Source of the DNA: a virus | DNA length: 64,000 bases | Direction: 5' to 3' (one strand) | Virus record (IMG/VR): IMGVR_UViG_3300034071_001414 | Span: 1 to 64,000 of that record | Part shown: piece by piece, positions 21,752-31,592 of the stretch | Position numbering within the stretch: the stretch's first letter is position 1 | Layout: each line of letters begins with the position of its first letter | Program-made: the position numbers and the translations under genes | The notes under the pieces: model-generated | What the model was told of the DNA's origin: nothing | What the model saw: the letters and a program-made list of their open reading frames with translations, nothing else | The model's database searches: none

Positions 21752-22378
21752 ATGAATAAAATTATCCTTTTACGGGATGAAATAATTTCCGTATACAAAC
21801 AAACTTACTCTGTTATTCAAGTTTTAGAGCATTTTGGTTATTCTCGAAAGAGTGTAGAAGGAAGAAAACAAATAACTGACATTCTAAAAGAAGAAGGTAT
21901 ATTTGAGGGATTGACTGGTCCTAATGTCATAAAAATGAAGCATCAAAGGGCAAAGAAAACTATGCTCGAAAAATATGGTGTAGACAACTACTCTCACACT
22001 GAATGTGGATCTAAAAATCTACATAATCACAGACAAAAAAGTTATTTTCCTGTAATAGAAGAGTTTAGAAAATATCAGAGTGAAGTTAATAAAGAAACAA
22101 AAAAGGCAATGAGAAAGATAAAAGATAAACCAACTCATTGTGAATACCTTGGTATCAAGTTTGTAGATGATAAAATAGCAAATCCTAACGACCAATTAAA
22201 AAGGACAATAGACCATAAGAAGTCGGTTTATAATTGTTGGTTAGAGGGAATATCTGCAAAAGAAGCATCTTCGCCAGATAATCTTGCTTGGGTTTGTAGA
22301 TACATCAACAGTATAAAAGGAAATGCTGATTATGATGACATTAAACACATTTTTCCCAAAATAAAAGACAAATTGTGA
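21752..22378 (+). CDS. Putative HNH-like free-standing endonuclease
   Basis: KTMLEKYGVDN segment; C-terminal RTIDHKKS...DNLAWVCRYINSIKG (H-N-N); AT-rich. Confidence 0.6.
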   Translation: MNKIILLRDEIISVYKQTYSVIQVLEHFGYSRKSVEGRKQITDILKEEGIFEGLTGPNVIKMKHQRAKKTMLEKYGVDNYSHTECGSKNLHNHRQKSYFPVIEEFRKYQSEVNKETKKAMRKIKDKPTHCEYLGIKFVDDKIANPNDQLKRTIDHKKSVYNCWLEGISAKEASSPDNLAWVCRYINSIKGNADYDDIKHIFPKIKDKL

Positions 22379-22441
22379 CACTTTAACAACTGACCACCCC
22401 TTCTTAACTTTAACTTGGATCCTCTAAAGTGTCCTTATAGT

Positions 22442-23353
22442 ATGAGCAAGACAACCACTAAAAACCTGCACCTTGAGCACCCTGAAGATATGGTGCTGAC
22501 TGGAAATCTTGAGGTTCTTGATTGGTTCTCCGAACCTGATAGTTTTATCTCTGTAAAACTTGATGGTGCGCCTGCTGTGTGTTGGGGCACTAATCCTGCC
22601 AATGGCAAGTTCTTTGTGGGCACCAAATCTGTGTTCAACAAAGTTAAAATCAAAATCAATCATTCTCACGATGAAATTGATTTGAACCATCAGGGCAAGG
22701 TTGCTGATATTCTTCACGCTTGCCTTGATTATCTCCCTCGCATCGCAGGTATTGTTCAGGGTGACTTTATTGGTTTTGGTGGTTCTGATACTTATTGCCC
22801 CAATACTATCACCTATAAGTTTCCTGAGGTAATCACCCAAAAGATTATCATTGCTCCGCATACTTGCTACACTGCAAAGAATGATTTGCGTGATGCAGTT
22901 GCTCAACCCGACTTCTATTTGTGGGTGGATACTGCAGATGTGATGTTTGTCAAACCTGAAGCATCACTGAGTCCTTATCGTGAGGATTTGGAGGATGTGT
23001 GTAAGTTTGCCAAGCAAATGAGCACTCTATGTGAGTTTGTGAGCGATAAGAAGGCAACACAAATCAAAAAAGAGATTAACTCCTGCATCAGGGAGCAACG
23101 GGTCATCTGTGAGGATGAAATTGCAGAAAAATGTAATTGTGATAAGAACCTGATTCGTTTGTGGAAGTTGGTTGCATCTATTAAAGCAGATTTGTTCCTG
23201 TTCATTCACGAAGAGGATGAGATTGAATGTTATCTGTGGGATGTGCAATCCTTTCACGAGGGTTATGTCATCACCAACAAGTTTGGCACCTATAAAGTAG
23301 TTGACCGCGAGACATTCTCTCACGCAAACTTTACTGCTGCCAAGAGTTGGTAA
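22442..23353 (+). CDS. Conserved phage protein with ligase-like nucleotidyltransferase motifs
   Basis: KNLHLEHPED; SVKLDGAP (KxDG), VQGDF, HEGYV, YKVV. Confidence 0.55.
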   Translation: MSKTTTKNLHLEHPEDMVLTGNLEVLDWFSEPDSFISVKLDGAPAVCWGTNPANGKFFVGTKSVFNKVKIKINHSHDEIDLNHQGKVADILHACLDYLPRIAGIVQGDFIGFGGSDTYCPNTITYKFPEVITQKIIIAPHTCYTAKNDLRDAVAQPDFYLWVDTADVMFVKPEASLSPYREDLEDVCKFAKQMSTLCEFVSDKKATQIKKEINSCIREQRVICEDEIAEKCNCDKNLIRLWKLVASIKADLFLFIHEEDEIECYLWDVQSFHEGYVITNKFGTYKVVDRETFSHANFTAAKSW

Positions 23354-23387
23354 TGCTTACTTGGATCCTCTAAAGTGTCCCAGTAGT

Positions 23388-25556
23388 ATGAGAAAAACAC
23401 ATCGCTTCCAAACTTTCAAAGAGGCACTCAACTTTCTGATGAGTGAGTTGAAGATGAGCAATCAACAGGCAACTCATTTCATTTGGGACAATCAGTTTAC
23501 TGTGGGAACTGACCGTGCAATTTGGATTACTGAACCTGCAAACTGATTATGACTGACTTCTACGATTATGTTTTGAGTTTTTATGGTGCTGATGGATTGT
23601 ATCCTATGGGAGCAACTCTGAAACTCATCAAACAAGCAACTTCCACTCACATTAAGATACTTAAACTGAAAGGTGATGAGTTTGCTGGTGACAGTATTGA
23701 CCGCGAATGTGTAAGGGATTTGTTGATTAGTAAGTATAATCTTAAGTTTCCACGATGACTTACTCTAACCTCTCCAAGATTAAACCTAAACTTCGCACTG
23801 AAGGTAGGGTTTCTGGTAATTTCGGCAAATTGAAAGTTAAAGCAGGTTCTTCACTTAATGAGATTGGAATGAGCAACAAAGAGACTATCAAATGTGCCAC
23901 ACCTGATGAGTATCTGGCACGGCTTCATTATGCCTTTGACAATACTGAAGACAAGAAATTGAAACAGTTTCTTTACACTGAGATTCGCAAGATTCATGTT
24001 CAGCGTGGCACTTGGTAGGGGTTAGTAACTTGGATCCTCTAAAGTGTCCTAGTAGTATGAACAACACCATCGTTTCCGAAATCTACTCTTACCACACCGA
24101 TTGGAAGGAAGGTAAAGTCAATCAAATGTGGATTGAACAAATTGGTAATGCTGATTGTGGCAACAAATATGTCGCTGTTGCACACAATCCTCGCAATGGT
24201 TCTACAATGGAGATGAGCAACCCTCGCACATCTTACCACGAAACTCTCAACTGGGTTCGCGGTTTCTGTGGCACTTTCTGTATCCTCCCTGCCTGATTAT
24301 GACTAATCCAACTTGGGAAGAACTCAAACAAGAGGCACTCACTGAAGCATTAGAGTTCTACATCTATCGACTCAAAGAGGACAACTGCAATCAAGCAGCA
24401 ATAGATTTATTCACTCAAGTTCTCAAGGAAGTTAATCCTAACGATGATTAACAATATCAGTCGCCAACACTGGGACACTCTTTATACCAAACTCTACGAG
24501 GCATATGAAGAATGTTCTAAGAACTATGATGAGACTTATCGCCAAATGATTGGTCAGGTTCTTGACCATATGATTTACAATCAACCCTACCTGAACATCA
24601 AATGAAATACGAAGTTAAACTCTACGTCGGTGGCAAAGTCTTCAAAGAGGAAGTATATGCTAACTCTCCAAAGGATGCCGGCGAAACAGCAACAGCACGA
24701 AATCCTACAGCAAAAGTAATCGGAGTGAATGTGAAGTTTCTGTGATAGAAACTTGGATCGTCCAAATTGTCCCTATAGTATGAGCACTTCCCAAACGATG
24801 ATTGAGTTCCCTACACTTCAGTCTAAAGACGGCACAATGCTGGTAGGTTTCTATCCTATCGCTGATTCCTCTAATCACACTCTCAAGGTTCTATCTTGGA
24901 AGGGTGTTGATACTATCTCCCGCAAGTGCATCAGCAAAAAAGATGCAATCCGTGAGATTGATGAGCGTCTCGCAATGGATTATCTTATCACTGGTGATAA
25001 CATTGATCTGGTGCAAGAATACAACATTATGCAAGGTGCAGTTTGATGACGAAAACCACTCTTACTTTCAAAGAGATTGATGCACTTCTCAAGTTCATTG
25101 AATTTCACACTGATTCATTCTCCGATGAAGAATCTGCAGAAGAATTGAATGAACTTGTGGGGTGTGATGTTGATGCACTCTACAACAAACTTTCTGAAAT
25201 GCAGGATGAAGTCTGATGCGAATTGCCTTTTTGATTGTTACTCTTGCTCTTGGACTTCGCGTAGGTAATGCAGCATATGCAACCGTAAATGAGTATCAAG
25301 AACAACAAGCAGACAATTTCTGTCAAATAGACCCCAACTATTGCAAATGATTGCCCTTCCTAATCCTACAAGCAAAATGACATTCAACCGCGAACAACTC
25401 ATCGCTGATTATGCTCAGCAAATCCTAGATGGGATGGATATGAAAACAATGGAGTGTTTCGTTTATGACACTTTGAAAGACAATCTTATGCCATATACTG
25501 ATGAGGAACTGATTGAAGAGGTTAGAGAATACAATCCCGAATTGCTGGATGATTGA
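23388..25556 (+). CDS. Short hypothetical cassette genes (23388-23546, 23549-23758, 23755-24018, 24057-24296, 24602-24745, 24780-25046, 25377-25556 and others)
   Basis: Co-oriented small ORFs between repeat copies 7-10. Confidence 0.65.
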
Positions 25557-25602
25557 AACTTGGATCGTCCAAATTGTCCCTATAGTGTAAGACTCAACCA
25601 CA

Positions 25603-26193
25603 ATGCCAAAACTTACCACTCTGCAGGTATCTGCCAAACTGAAAGTAACTGATTTCAGTGCATTTGGCAAACCAGCAAAGAACAAAGGTGCTCGCGGGCA
25701 ACTGTTAGAAACTGCTCTGGGAGTTCCTAACTCATCTGACCTCAAAGATCTGGAGGATGGTGAGATTAAGACTTTCACTGTTGGTGAGAGCATCGCAGCA
25801 ACACAATTGAAGCACTGTTTGTCTGAAATCATCGAAGATTCTGTGTCATTTGATGAGAGTAAGGTTGGACAGAAACTACAACAAACTGTGTATGTTGGAT
25901 TCACACGTTCCAACGATTATGTGGGTTCTGCTATTCTGAATGAGGAAACTCACCCTGAACATTATCAGGAACTGCGTGAGGATTACGATTTCATTTGTAA
26001 CAGCATCCGCACACTTTTTGATGCTGGTAAACAACTTTCTACCATCACTGGACCTAACGGATTGCTGCAGATTCGCACAAAAGCATCTAAAACCAATGGT
26101 TGCTATGTACCTCTGACCTTTGCAGGTGTGACGCTTAAGGATAAGGGAATGGCATTCTATCTGTGTGGTCAATTTGGACGCAACCTGTTCTGA
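25603..26193 (+). CDS. mutH: MutH/Sau3AI-family endonuclease
   Basis: NKGARGQLLETALG..D..GEIKT, ELREDYD, LQIRTKA, AFYL parallel E. coli MutH DKGWIGVLLE..D..ELKT, LREDWE, LQIRPKA, GFYL. Confidence 0.8.
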   Translation: MPKLTTLQVSAKLKVTDFSAFGKPAKNKGARGQLLETALGVPNSSDLKDLEDGEIKTFTVGESIAATQLKHCLSEIIEDSVSFDESKVGQKLQQTVYVGFTRSNDYVGSAILNEETHPEHYQELREDYDFICNSIRTLFDAGKQLSTITGPNGLLQIRTKASKTNGCYVPLTFAGVTLKDKGMAFYLCGQFGRNLF

Positions 26194-26228
26194 ACAGTAA
26201 CTTGGATCCTCTAAAGTGTCCTAGTAGT

Positions 26229-28943
26229 ATGAACACCAATCAAATCGACTTTCAAACCGACATCACTCCTACACTTTTGGAGTTTATGTGCAACAATCAC
26301 ACTGACTTGAATGACTGTGTAGACTTTGTTTGCTGTCTCTTTGATCTCAATGCAACTGATGAATTGATCGATCAGATTGCAGATGAGTTTGATGCTTTCT
26401 TCGGCAACTGATTCACACTAACTGTTTTCCCACTAAATTACACTGAAATGACAAACAAAAACCCTTACGTTCAAACCCTAATTGAGATGGGTTATGATGA
26501 AGCAGACTGCCAAATGGTTGCTGATGCTGGAAGAGTAAATGTAACCTATCCGCGTAACATTTACGGTCGCATCTTTGAGACTGAAGCAGAGTACAAAGAT
26601 GCTCTTGCTGATTATATCAACGGTCTCTGACTGATAAGCATCAGTAACTTGGATCCTCTAAAGTGTCCTAGTAGTATGAACGCTTCCCAAATGCAAAACA
26701 CTTACACTTCACCCGATACAAACAAAGTTTATACCATCATCGAATCGCAATCTGAGCGTGGTGCATGGGATGAAAATGGCAATTATGCTCCGAAAGTTGT
26801 CACTCAGTACAGCATCTATGATAATACTCAGATGGTACAATTTGCATTCGATGTAGATGGAATTGCCAAATCTGTGAGGCATTATGAAGGTTTCACTGAT
26901 GGTTGGACTTCCTCACGATTTGACTGATAGTAACTTGGATCCTCTAAAGTGTCCTAGTAGTATGAGCACTAACCAAATGATTCAAGATAACATCGACCGC
27001 ATTCAAGATAGCATCAATCTCACGTCTAAACTTGCCCGAGACAATTATGATGCTCGCAATGGCATTATTGACCACATGAGAATTGATTGGTCTGAACATG
27101 CTCATCGTTTGACTTATATTGCAGGTGAGTGTTCTTATTACTTTCCTCTGCACAATCAGAACGGTGATAAGATTAACGAGGTAAAACTCTATTGTCGTTG
27201 CTCTCCTACTGTAAAAGGTGGAGTTCGCTTCTCTTATACTCTGAACGGTAAGACTATTGCTCGTTCTAAGATTGTAAATCGGATGATTGAATTGGGAGTC
27301 TGAATGTCACGCAAGACTCTAACATTCAAATCCCCAGATAGAATGAAAGTTGTCACATTAGTTTTCATTGTTGCACTTGTCTTTTCACCATCAGTAAGAC
27401 AAACAACCGCATCCATTCTTCATACCACTGCCGACATTCTTTCCCCACAACAATGAAGCAAACTCTAATCGATTCGATGTCGTCTACACTTATGGAGCGT
27501 CTTGAGTTCTTTGTAAGTCAAGATGATTATGCCACCTCAGATGCACTTTACTCTGAGTTTATTGTGAATGGAGTAGATCCAGAAGATGGAGAGTATGAGT
27601 GGTTTTTTATGAAATCCCTTTGCTGTTAGAAACTTGGATCCTCTAAAGTGTCCTAGTAGTATGAGCACCAACGAAACCAAGAAAATGAATCTGTATATCA
27701 TCAACAACGTCCTGTCTGATTATACCTCTGGAATGGCAGTGATTGCTGCTGAATCTAAAGAACAGTGCCGTGAGTTCTTTATAGCAGAGTTCAGCGAATA
27801 TCATGCTGATGAGTTCGATAAGTGTGCAAAGTTCACTGTGATTGAAGGTGTGAATCATTCTGCTGGTATGGTAGACTATGTGTACGGTGGAGGTTAATCA
27901 AACTTATTCCTTCAGTAACAGAAACTAGGATCCTCTAAAGTGTCCTAGTAGTATAAGCACTCAACCCCAAACAAATGACCCGCCTAATCGAACAACAAAT
28001 GAACATTGCAATCAATCAAGAGGTTGATTGGAAGAAGGATAACACTCAAGTGATTAACATTGAAGGCGTAAGTTTCGTCTATCTGTTTGACAATCTGATT
28101 GCAATGATTGGTGATACTTGGATGGAATTGTTTGATGGTGGTTATAAGTCAGTAACCACAAAGTCGCGTCTCAATGCTATTCTCCAAGCACACGGAAATG
28201 GAGAGTATGTGTATCAAAAGAACTTCAACTGGTTTGTATCAACCAAGGATGGAGAAGTTGCTTTCAACAATGGTATCAAACTGAACTAAGTTATGAACAA
28301 TCAAGTCTTCGGAGTCTTTGCCCGTGATAATGATTATTACGCACAACTTGAACTTCACAAACTATTCTTCAACGAACAAGATGCAGAGGTTTATGCACAA
28401 CAACTTCGTGAAATGAATTATACTGATGATGATGCTAATGCTAATGATGAGATGATATATGAAGAAGTTGAAGTCTGCAAACTGAAGGTGAATTAACTGA
28501 TGAAAAAGTATATTTTCCAACACTGCAATAGTAACAAGATTAAGACCATACTTGCAAGGTCAGAGTATAAAGCAACGACTCAAAACTTTGGCAATCTTGC
28601 TGGTTACAAGTTCGTTCAATCATTCTCTCTTAACTGATGACTAACGAACAAAAGATTGATGCACTCGTTGAACTTCTCAATGACGTAATGCACACTCTGA
28701 ATATGAAACAGTATTGTATTGATGATGCAACTGAATCTCATCAATGTGAGGTAGAAGCAGACAACTATCACCAACAAATGCTGAACATTCTTCACTCTCA
28801 AGAAAACAACTAAATGACATTCACGATTCGTTATTTTACTCCCTATCAACAAGTCTGGAGAACGCAATCATTCTCTACACTTGATGAAGCAAAACGTATG
28901 GTTGAGTTTTATCGTTCTTGTGGTAGTCCTGCAGAGTTAGTAT
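26229..28943 (+). CDS. Short hypothetical cassette genes (26229-26411, 26448-26630, 26676-26927, 26962-27303, 27661-27897, 27975-28289, 28293-28496 and others)
   Basis: Small ORFs following repeat copies 11-15. Confidence 0.65.
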
Positions 28944-29037
28944 AATCATAAGAGGAAAGGAGTTTGCCTCTATTAAGTAAAGAAAGTGACTTCCGTAGAG
29001 TATAGATAATTCAACTAATTGGTGGATGGGTGTATAG

Positions 29038-29068
29038 AGAGAGGGACTGGTTATCCCTCTCTTTTTTT
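29038..29068 (+). terminator. Rho-independent terminator at the convergent junction
   Basis: AGAGAGGGA-ctggtta-TCCCTCTCT-TTTTTT. Confidence 0.75.
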
Positions 29069-29074
29069 ATGCTT

Positions 29075-29614
29075 TTATGGATGAGGTAAAGTATTCATTA
29101 CCTTACGCAATCCGTATTGGTTGATATATTGTTCTAATGCACCTTCAATTATACTATTTGTGAACTCATAAGAGTTAGGAACTGGTAATCCTTTACGATG
29201 AGAAGCAGCGTGAACTTCTTTAATCTTATTCGTTACATAATTATCCAGAACAAATCCCTTAGTTTGTGATAAATGTTCCATATTTTGTTTTCTACTTATC
29301 CACTCAAGATTCTCAATTCTGTTATCACATTGGTTGCGATTGATATGATTAACTTCCAGTGTGAAATCGTCACAGGGTAAGTATGCCATAGCAACTAACC
29401 TATGAACATACAAATTACGCTTGTTTCCCTTGTCATCAGATAGTCTAACGAACAAATAGTTGCCCCTTTTCTTTGCCCATCCTGGACGTAGTTTCTTTAC
29501 CTTGTTATACTTGAAAGACCAAACATTGCCATTTACATCTATAGCATAATCACCAAACTTCTCTAAACCTTTGATTTCATTCAGGTTCTTAAGTCTAACT
29601 GTTGGGACTTCCAT
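29075..29614 (-). CDS. NUMOD4-HNH-type endonuclease; the only convincing minus-strand gene
   Basis: YAIDVNGNVWS, YVHRLVAMAYL, EVNHINRNQCDNRIENLEWISRKQN. Confidence 0.85.
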   Translation of the reverse strand: MEVPTVRLKNLNEIKGLEKFGDYAIDVNGNVWSFKYNKVKKLRPGWAKKRGNYLFVRLSDDKGNKRNLYVHRLVAMAYLPCDDFTLEVNHINRNQCDNRIENLEWISRKQNMEHLSQTKGFVLDNYVTNKIKEVHAASHRKGLPVPNSYEFTNSIIEGALEQYINQYGLRKVMNTLPHP

Positions 29615-29619
29615 TTCAT

Positions 29620-29655
29620 AGTATTTTCTACTAAATCTATGTAGTAGAAAATACT
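29620..29655. repeat. Perfect 14-bp inverted repeat just upstream of the HNH gene
   Basis: AGTATTTTCTACTA-aatctatg-TAGTAGAAAATACT. Confidence 0.9.
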
Positions 29656-29929
29656 TTTTAGAGAGTGGATAATGTATGATTAAATTATAGTGAGTAAATG
29701 ATAAAAAGGTATAATAGTTGTGTAATCTCTCTGTGTGCTTATAAATGTGCTGAGGTCTTGTTAGCTAAGACAGCATAACATAAGGACCGCACTTTTGTCA
29801 ACTCCGGGGTCACAAAATCCTCACAATCCCCTGCCAAAATGTCACACCCCGAGCATAAATACCCCCAACACCCTTGACATTAACCCCACAGCATCTTATA
29901 GTAGTTCCATAACACCAAGGAGAACACTT

Positions 29930-30103
29930 ATGTCGGTTGCATATCAACAAGCACAGAAGCAGCGTTATAGGGTCACTCTGGATTTGGCAGTGTTCGGTGA
30001 CTTCGATCCACATCAAATCGACTGGGAGCGGTTATTTAAGTTGGAACCTGCTGAACACTGTGAGGCATATGTTGAGGACTTAAATACACCTGATAGTTGG
30101 TGA
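29930..30103 (+). CDS. Hypothetical protein
   Basis: TTGACA(29874)-17-TATAGT promoter, AAGGAG SD, ATG 29930. Confidence 0.7.
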   Translation: MSVAYQQAQKQRYRVTLDLAVFGDFDPHQIDWERLFKLEPAEHCEAYVEDLNTPDSW

Positions 30104-30137
30104 GTTGGTATCATTTTATACCAAAAGTAGGGGTTTT

Positions 30138-30186
30138 ATTTTGTTAACATAAAGCATACATATTAGGTCCTTTATGTTAACAAAAT
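30138..30186. repeat. Perfect 17-bp inverted repeat overlapping a start codon
   Basis: ATTTTGTTAACATAAAG-15 nt-CTTTATGTTAACAAAAT. Confidence 0.9.
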
Positions 30187-30364
30187 GAGAACTCTAAAAT
30201 ATAGTCATTTGGGTGAAATGGTCATCATAAGAGTAGCACAGAAAACGACCAAAGTGCTACCTTACCTGCAAGACCTTATGCAACAATTAGAGGAGAACGG
30301 TAGGGATAGTGATGAGGTGATACTGCAGGTCCTCGGAGAACTTGAAGAACGCTTGAGTAACTGA
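30185..30364 (+). CDS. 59-aa hypothetical protein, possibly ribbon-helix-helix-like
   Basis: Own translation: MRTLKYSHLGEMVIIRVAQKTTKVLPYLQDLMQQLEENGRDSDEVILQVLGELEERLSN. Confidence 0.5.
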   Translation: MRTLKYSHLGEMVIIRVAQKTTKVLPYLQDLMQQLEENGRDSDEVILQVLGELEERLSN

Positions 30365-30394
30365 AACTTGGATCCTCTAAAGTGTCCTAGTAGT

Positions 30395-30670
30395 ATGAGC
30401 ACAACCAGCACCCGCAAGATGACAACCTACCAAACCAATTTTCTGGAAACTGGTTATAATGGATGGAGTACTTATGAGACCTGGAACGTTGCTCTCTGGA
30501 TCAACAATGATGAGGGTCTTTATCACCTTGCTGCTGAGTGTGGTGATTACGAAACCCTTGTAAATCGTCTGTATGATGATTATGGGGTGCGTGAAACTAA
30601 GGACGGTGTAAAGTTCAATGACCCCAAAGTGAACGTGATTCAGATTAACTCTGATGTCTTTGATTTCTAG
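30395..30670 (+). CDS. Conserved-looking phage hypothetical protein
   Basis: YNGWSTYETWNVALWINNDEGLY; follows repeat copy 16. Confidence 0.7.
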   Translation: MSTTSTRKMTTYQTNFLETGYNGWSTYETWNVALWINNDEGLYHLAAECGDYETLVNRLYDDYGVRETKDGVKFNDPKVNVIQINSDVFDF

Positions 30671-31592
30671 TCCTAAGTAACACTCACTGAACACACACTA
30701 CATAACACACAATGCGTTACATTGCTTCCAGTCGTTATACTCTTGATGAGATTGCTGAGCAGTGTCGTCTGGCAGTATTGAGAGTACAAGGTAACAACAA
30801 CTGTCAGACAGTAGATTACACTGAGGTTCGCAAGTTCTTCCGCTATGATAATGCTCTGCTAGTCGCACAGTAGGCATCAGTCAATGGGAATGAGATGCTG
30901 CCCTATAAAGACACTCACTGTTCACACACTAACTAACACACTTTTCCTGATTATGTCCAAGTCCGTGATGCTTTCTCTGCTTGCTCAAGGTAACACTGGC
31001 AGCGAGATTCTGTCTATTCTGGATACACTTGCATCTGATAATGTTTCGGAGTCTGATGATAACGGTCCTACGCTGAATGCGATTGAATTCTGATAGTTAA
31101 CTGTGTGCCCCTTGGATGTCAATCTGAGCGTCAGCGATGTTGACACTGGGGGGCACTTATGTTATGCTTGGTGATTATAGTGATTCGACAGTATTTTGCC
31201 GCCGATTGTTGATGTCGCGGCGCGGCGGTGCGGTTTATAAAAACCCCTAACTACCCTAACCTACAGAGGTGACAAATCGACCGATAGATATCATTATCAT
31301 AAAAATTTTCCGGAGGTAAAAAATGGGTGTGAAATGGATTCATAATGGTGGTAAGTCTCGCCCTGATAAAAGAACCTTGAAGAAGGGTGGAAAGAAATAA
31401 ACAATGATTAGTCCTGTGAACCCCCTCCGATATACTCGAAGGCGCCCTTATTGGAATTTTTGGAAAGTAGTATTAGCGGGCTGGATGATTCGTTATCCAC
31501 GCCCTTTCTTTTTAGCACTAGGATTTTGTGTGGTTGTGATATATAATGCAGTAACAAAATGAAATAGAAAAAAAATTCCGGAGAAATTTTTT

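Larger units (their letters stand above)
13703..30397 (+). repeat. 16 dispersed direct copies of a ~33-bp intergenic repeat/promoter (family A)
   Basis: Consensus AACTTGGATC(CTCT/GTCC)AAA(G/T)TGTCCYWRTARTRTR; TTGGAT begins at 13706, 16928, 18153, 18708, 21088, 22415, 23361, 24030, 24753, 25560, 26202, 26649, 26935, 27634, 27926 (TAGGAT), 30368. Confidence 0.95.

Noticed and set aside
16928-30394. Shared N-terminal peptide MDPLKCPSSM in many ORF-track proteins
   Set aside because: Comes from calling the repeat's TTG as start; in five copies that frame is out of phase or stopped before the gene
13703-30397. Repeat array as CRISPR
   Set aside because: Spacing is 286-3222 bp and filled with whole genes; no cas genes in the window
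13703-30397. Repeats as integron attC sites
   Set aside because: AAC follows the stop codon, but there is no terminal GTTRRRY, no long imperfect palindrome and no integrase seen
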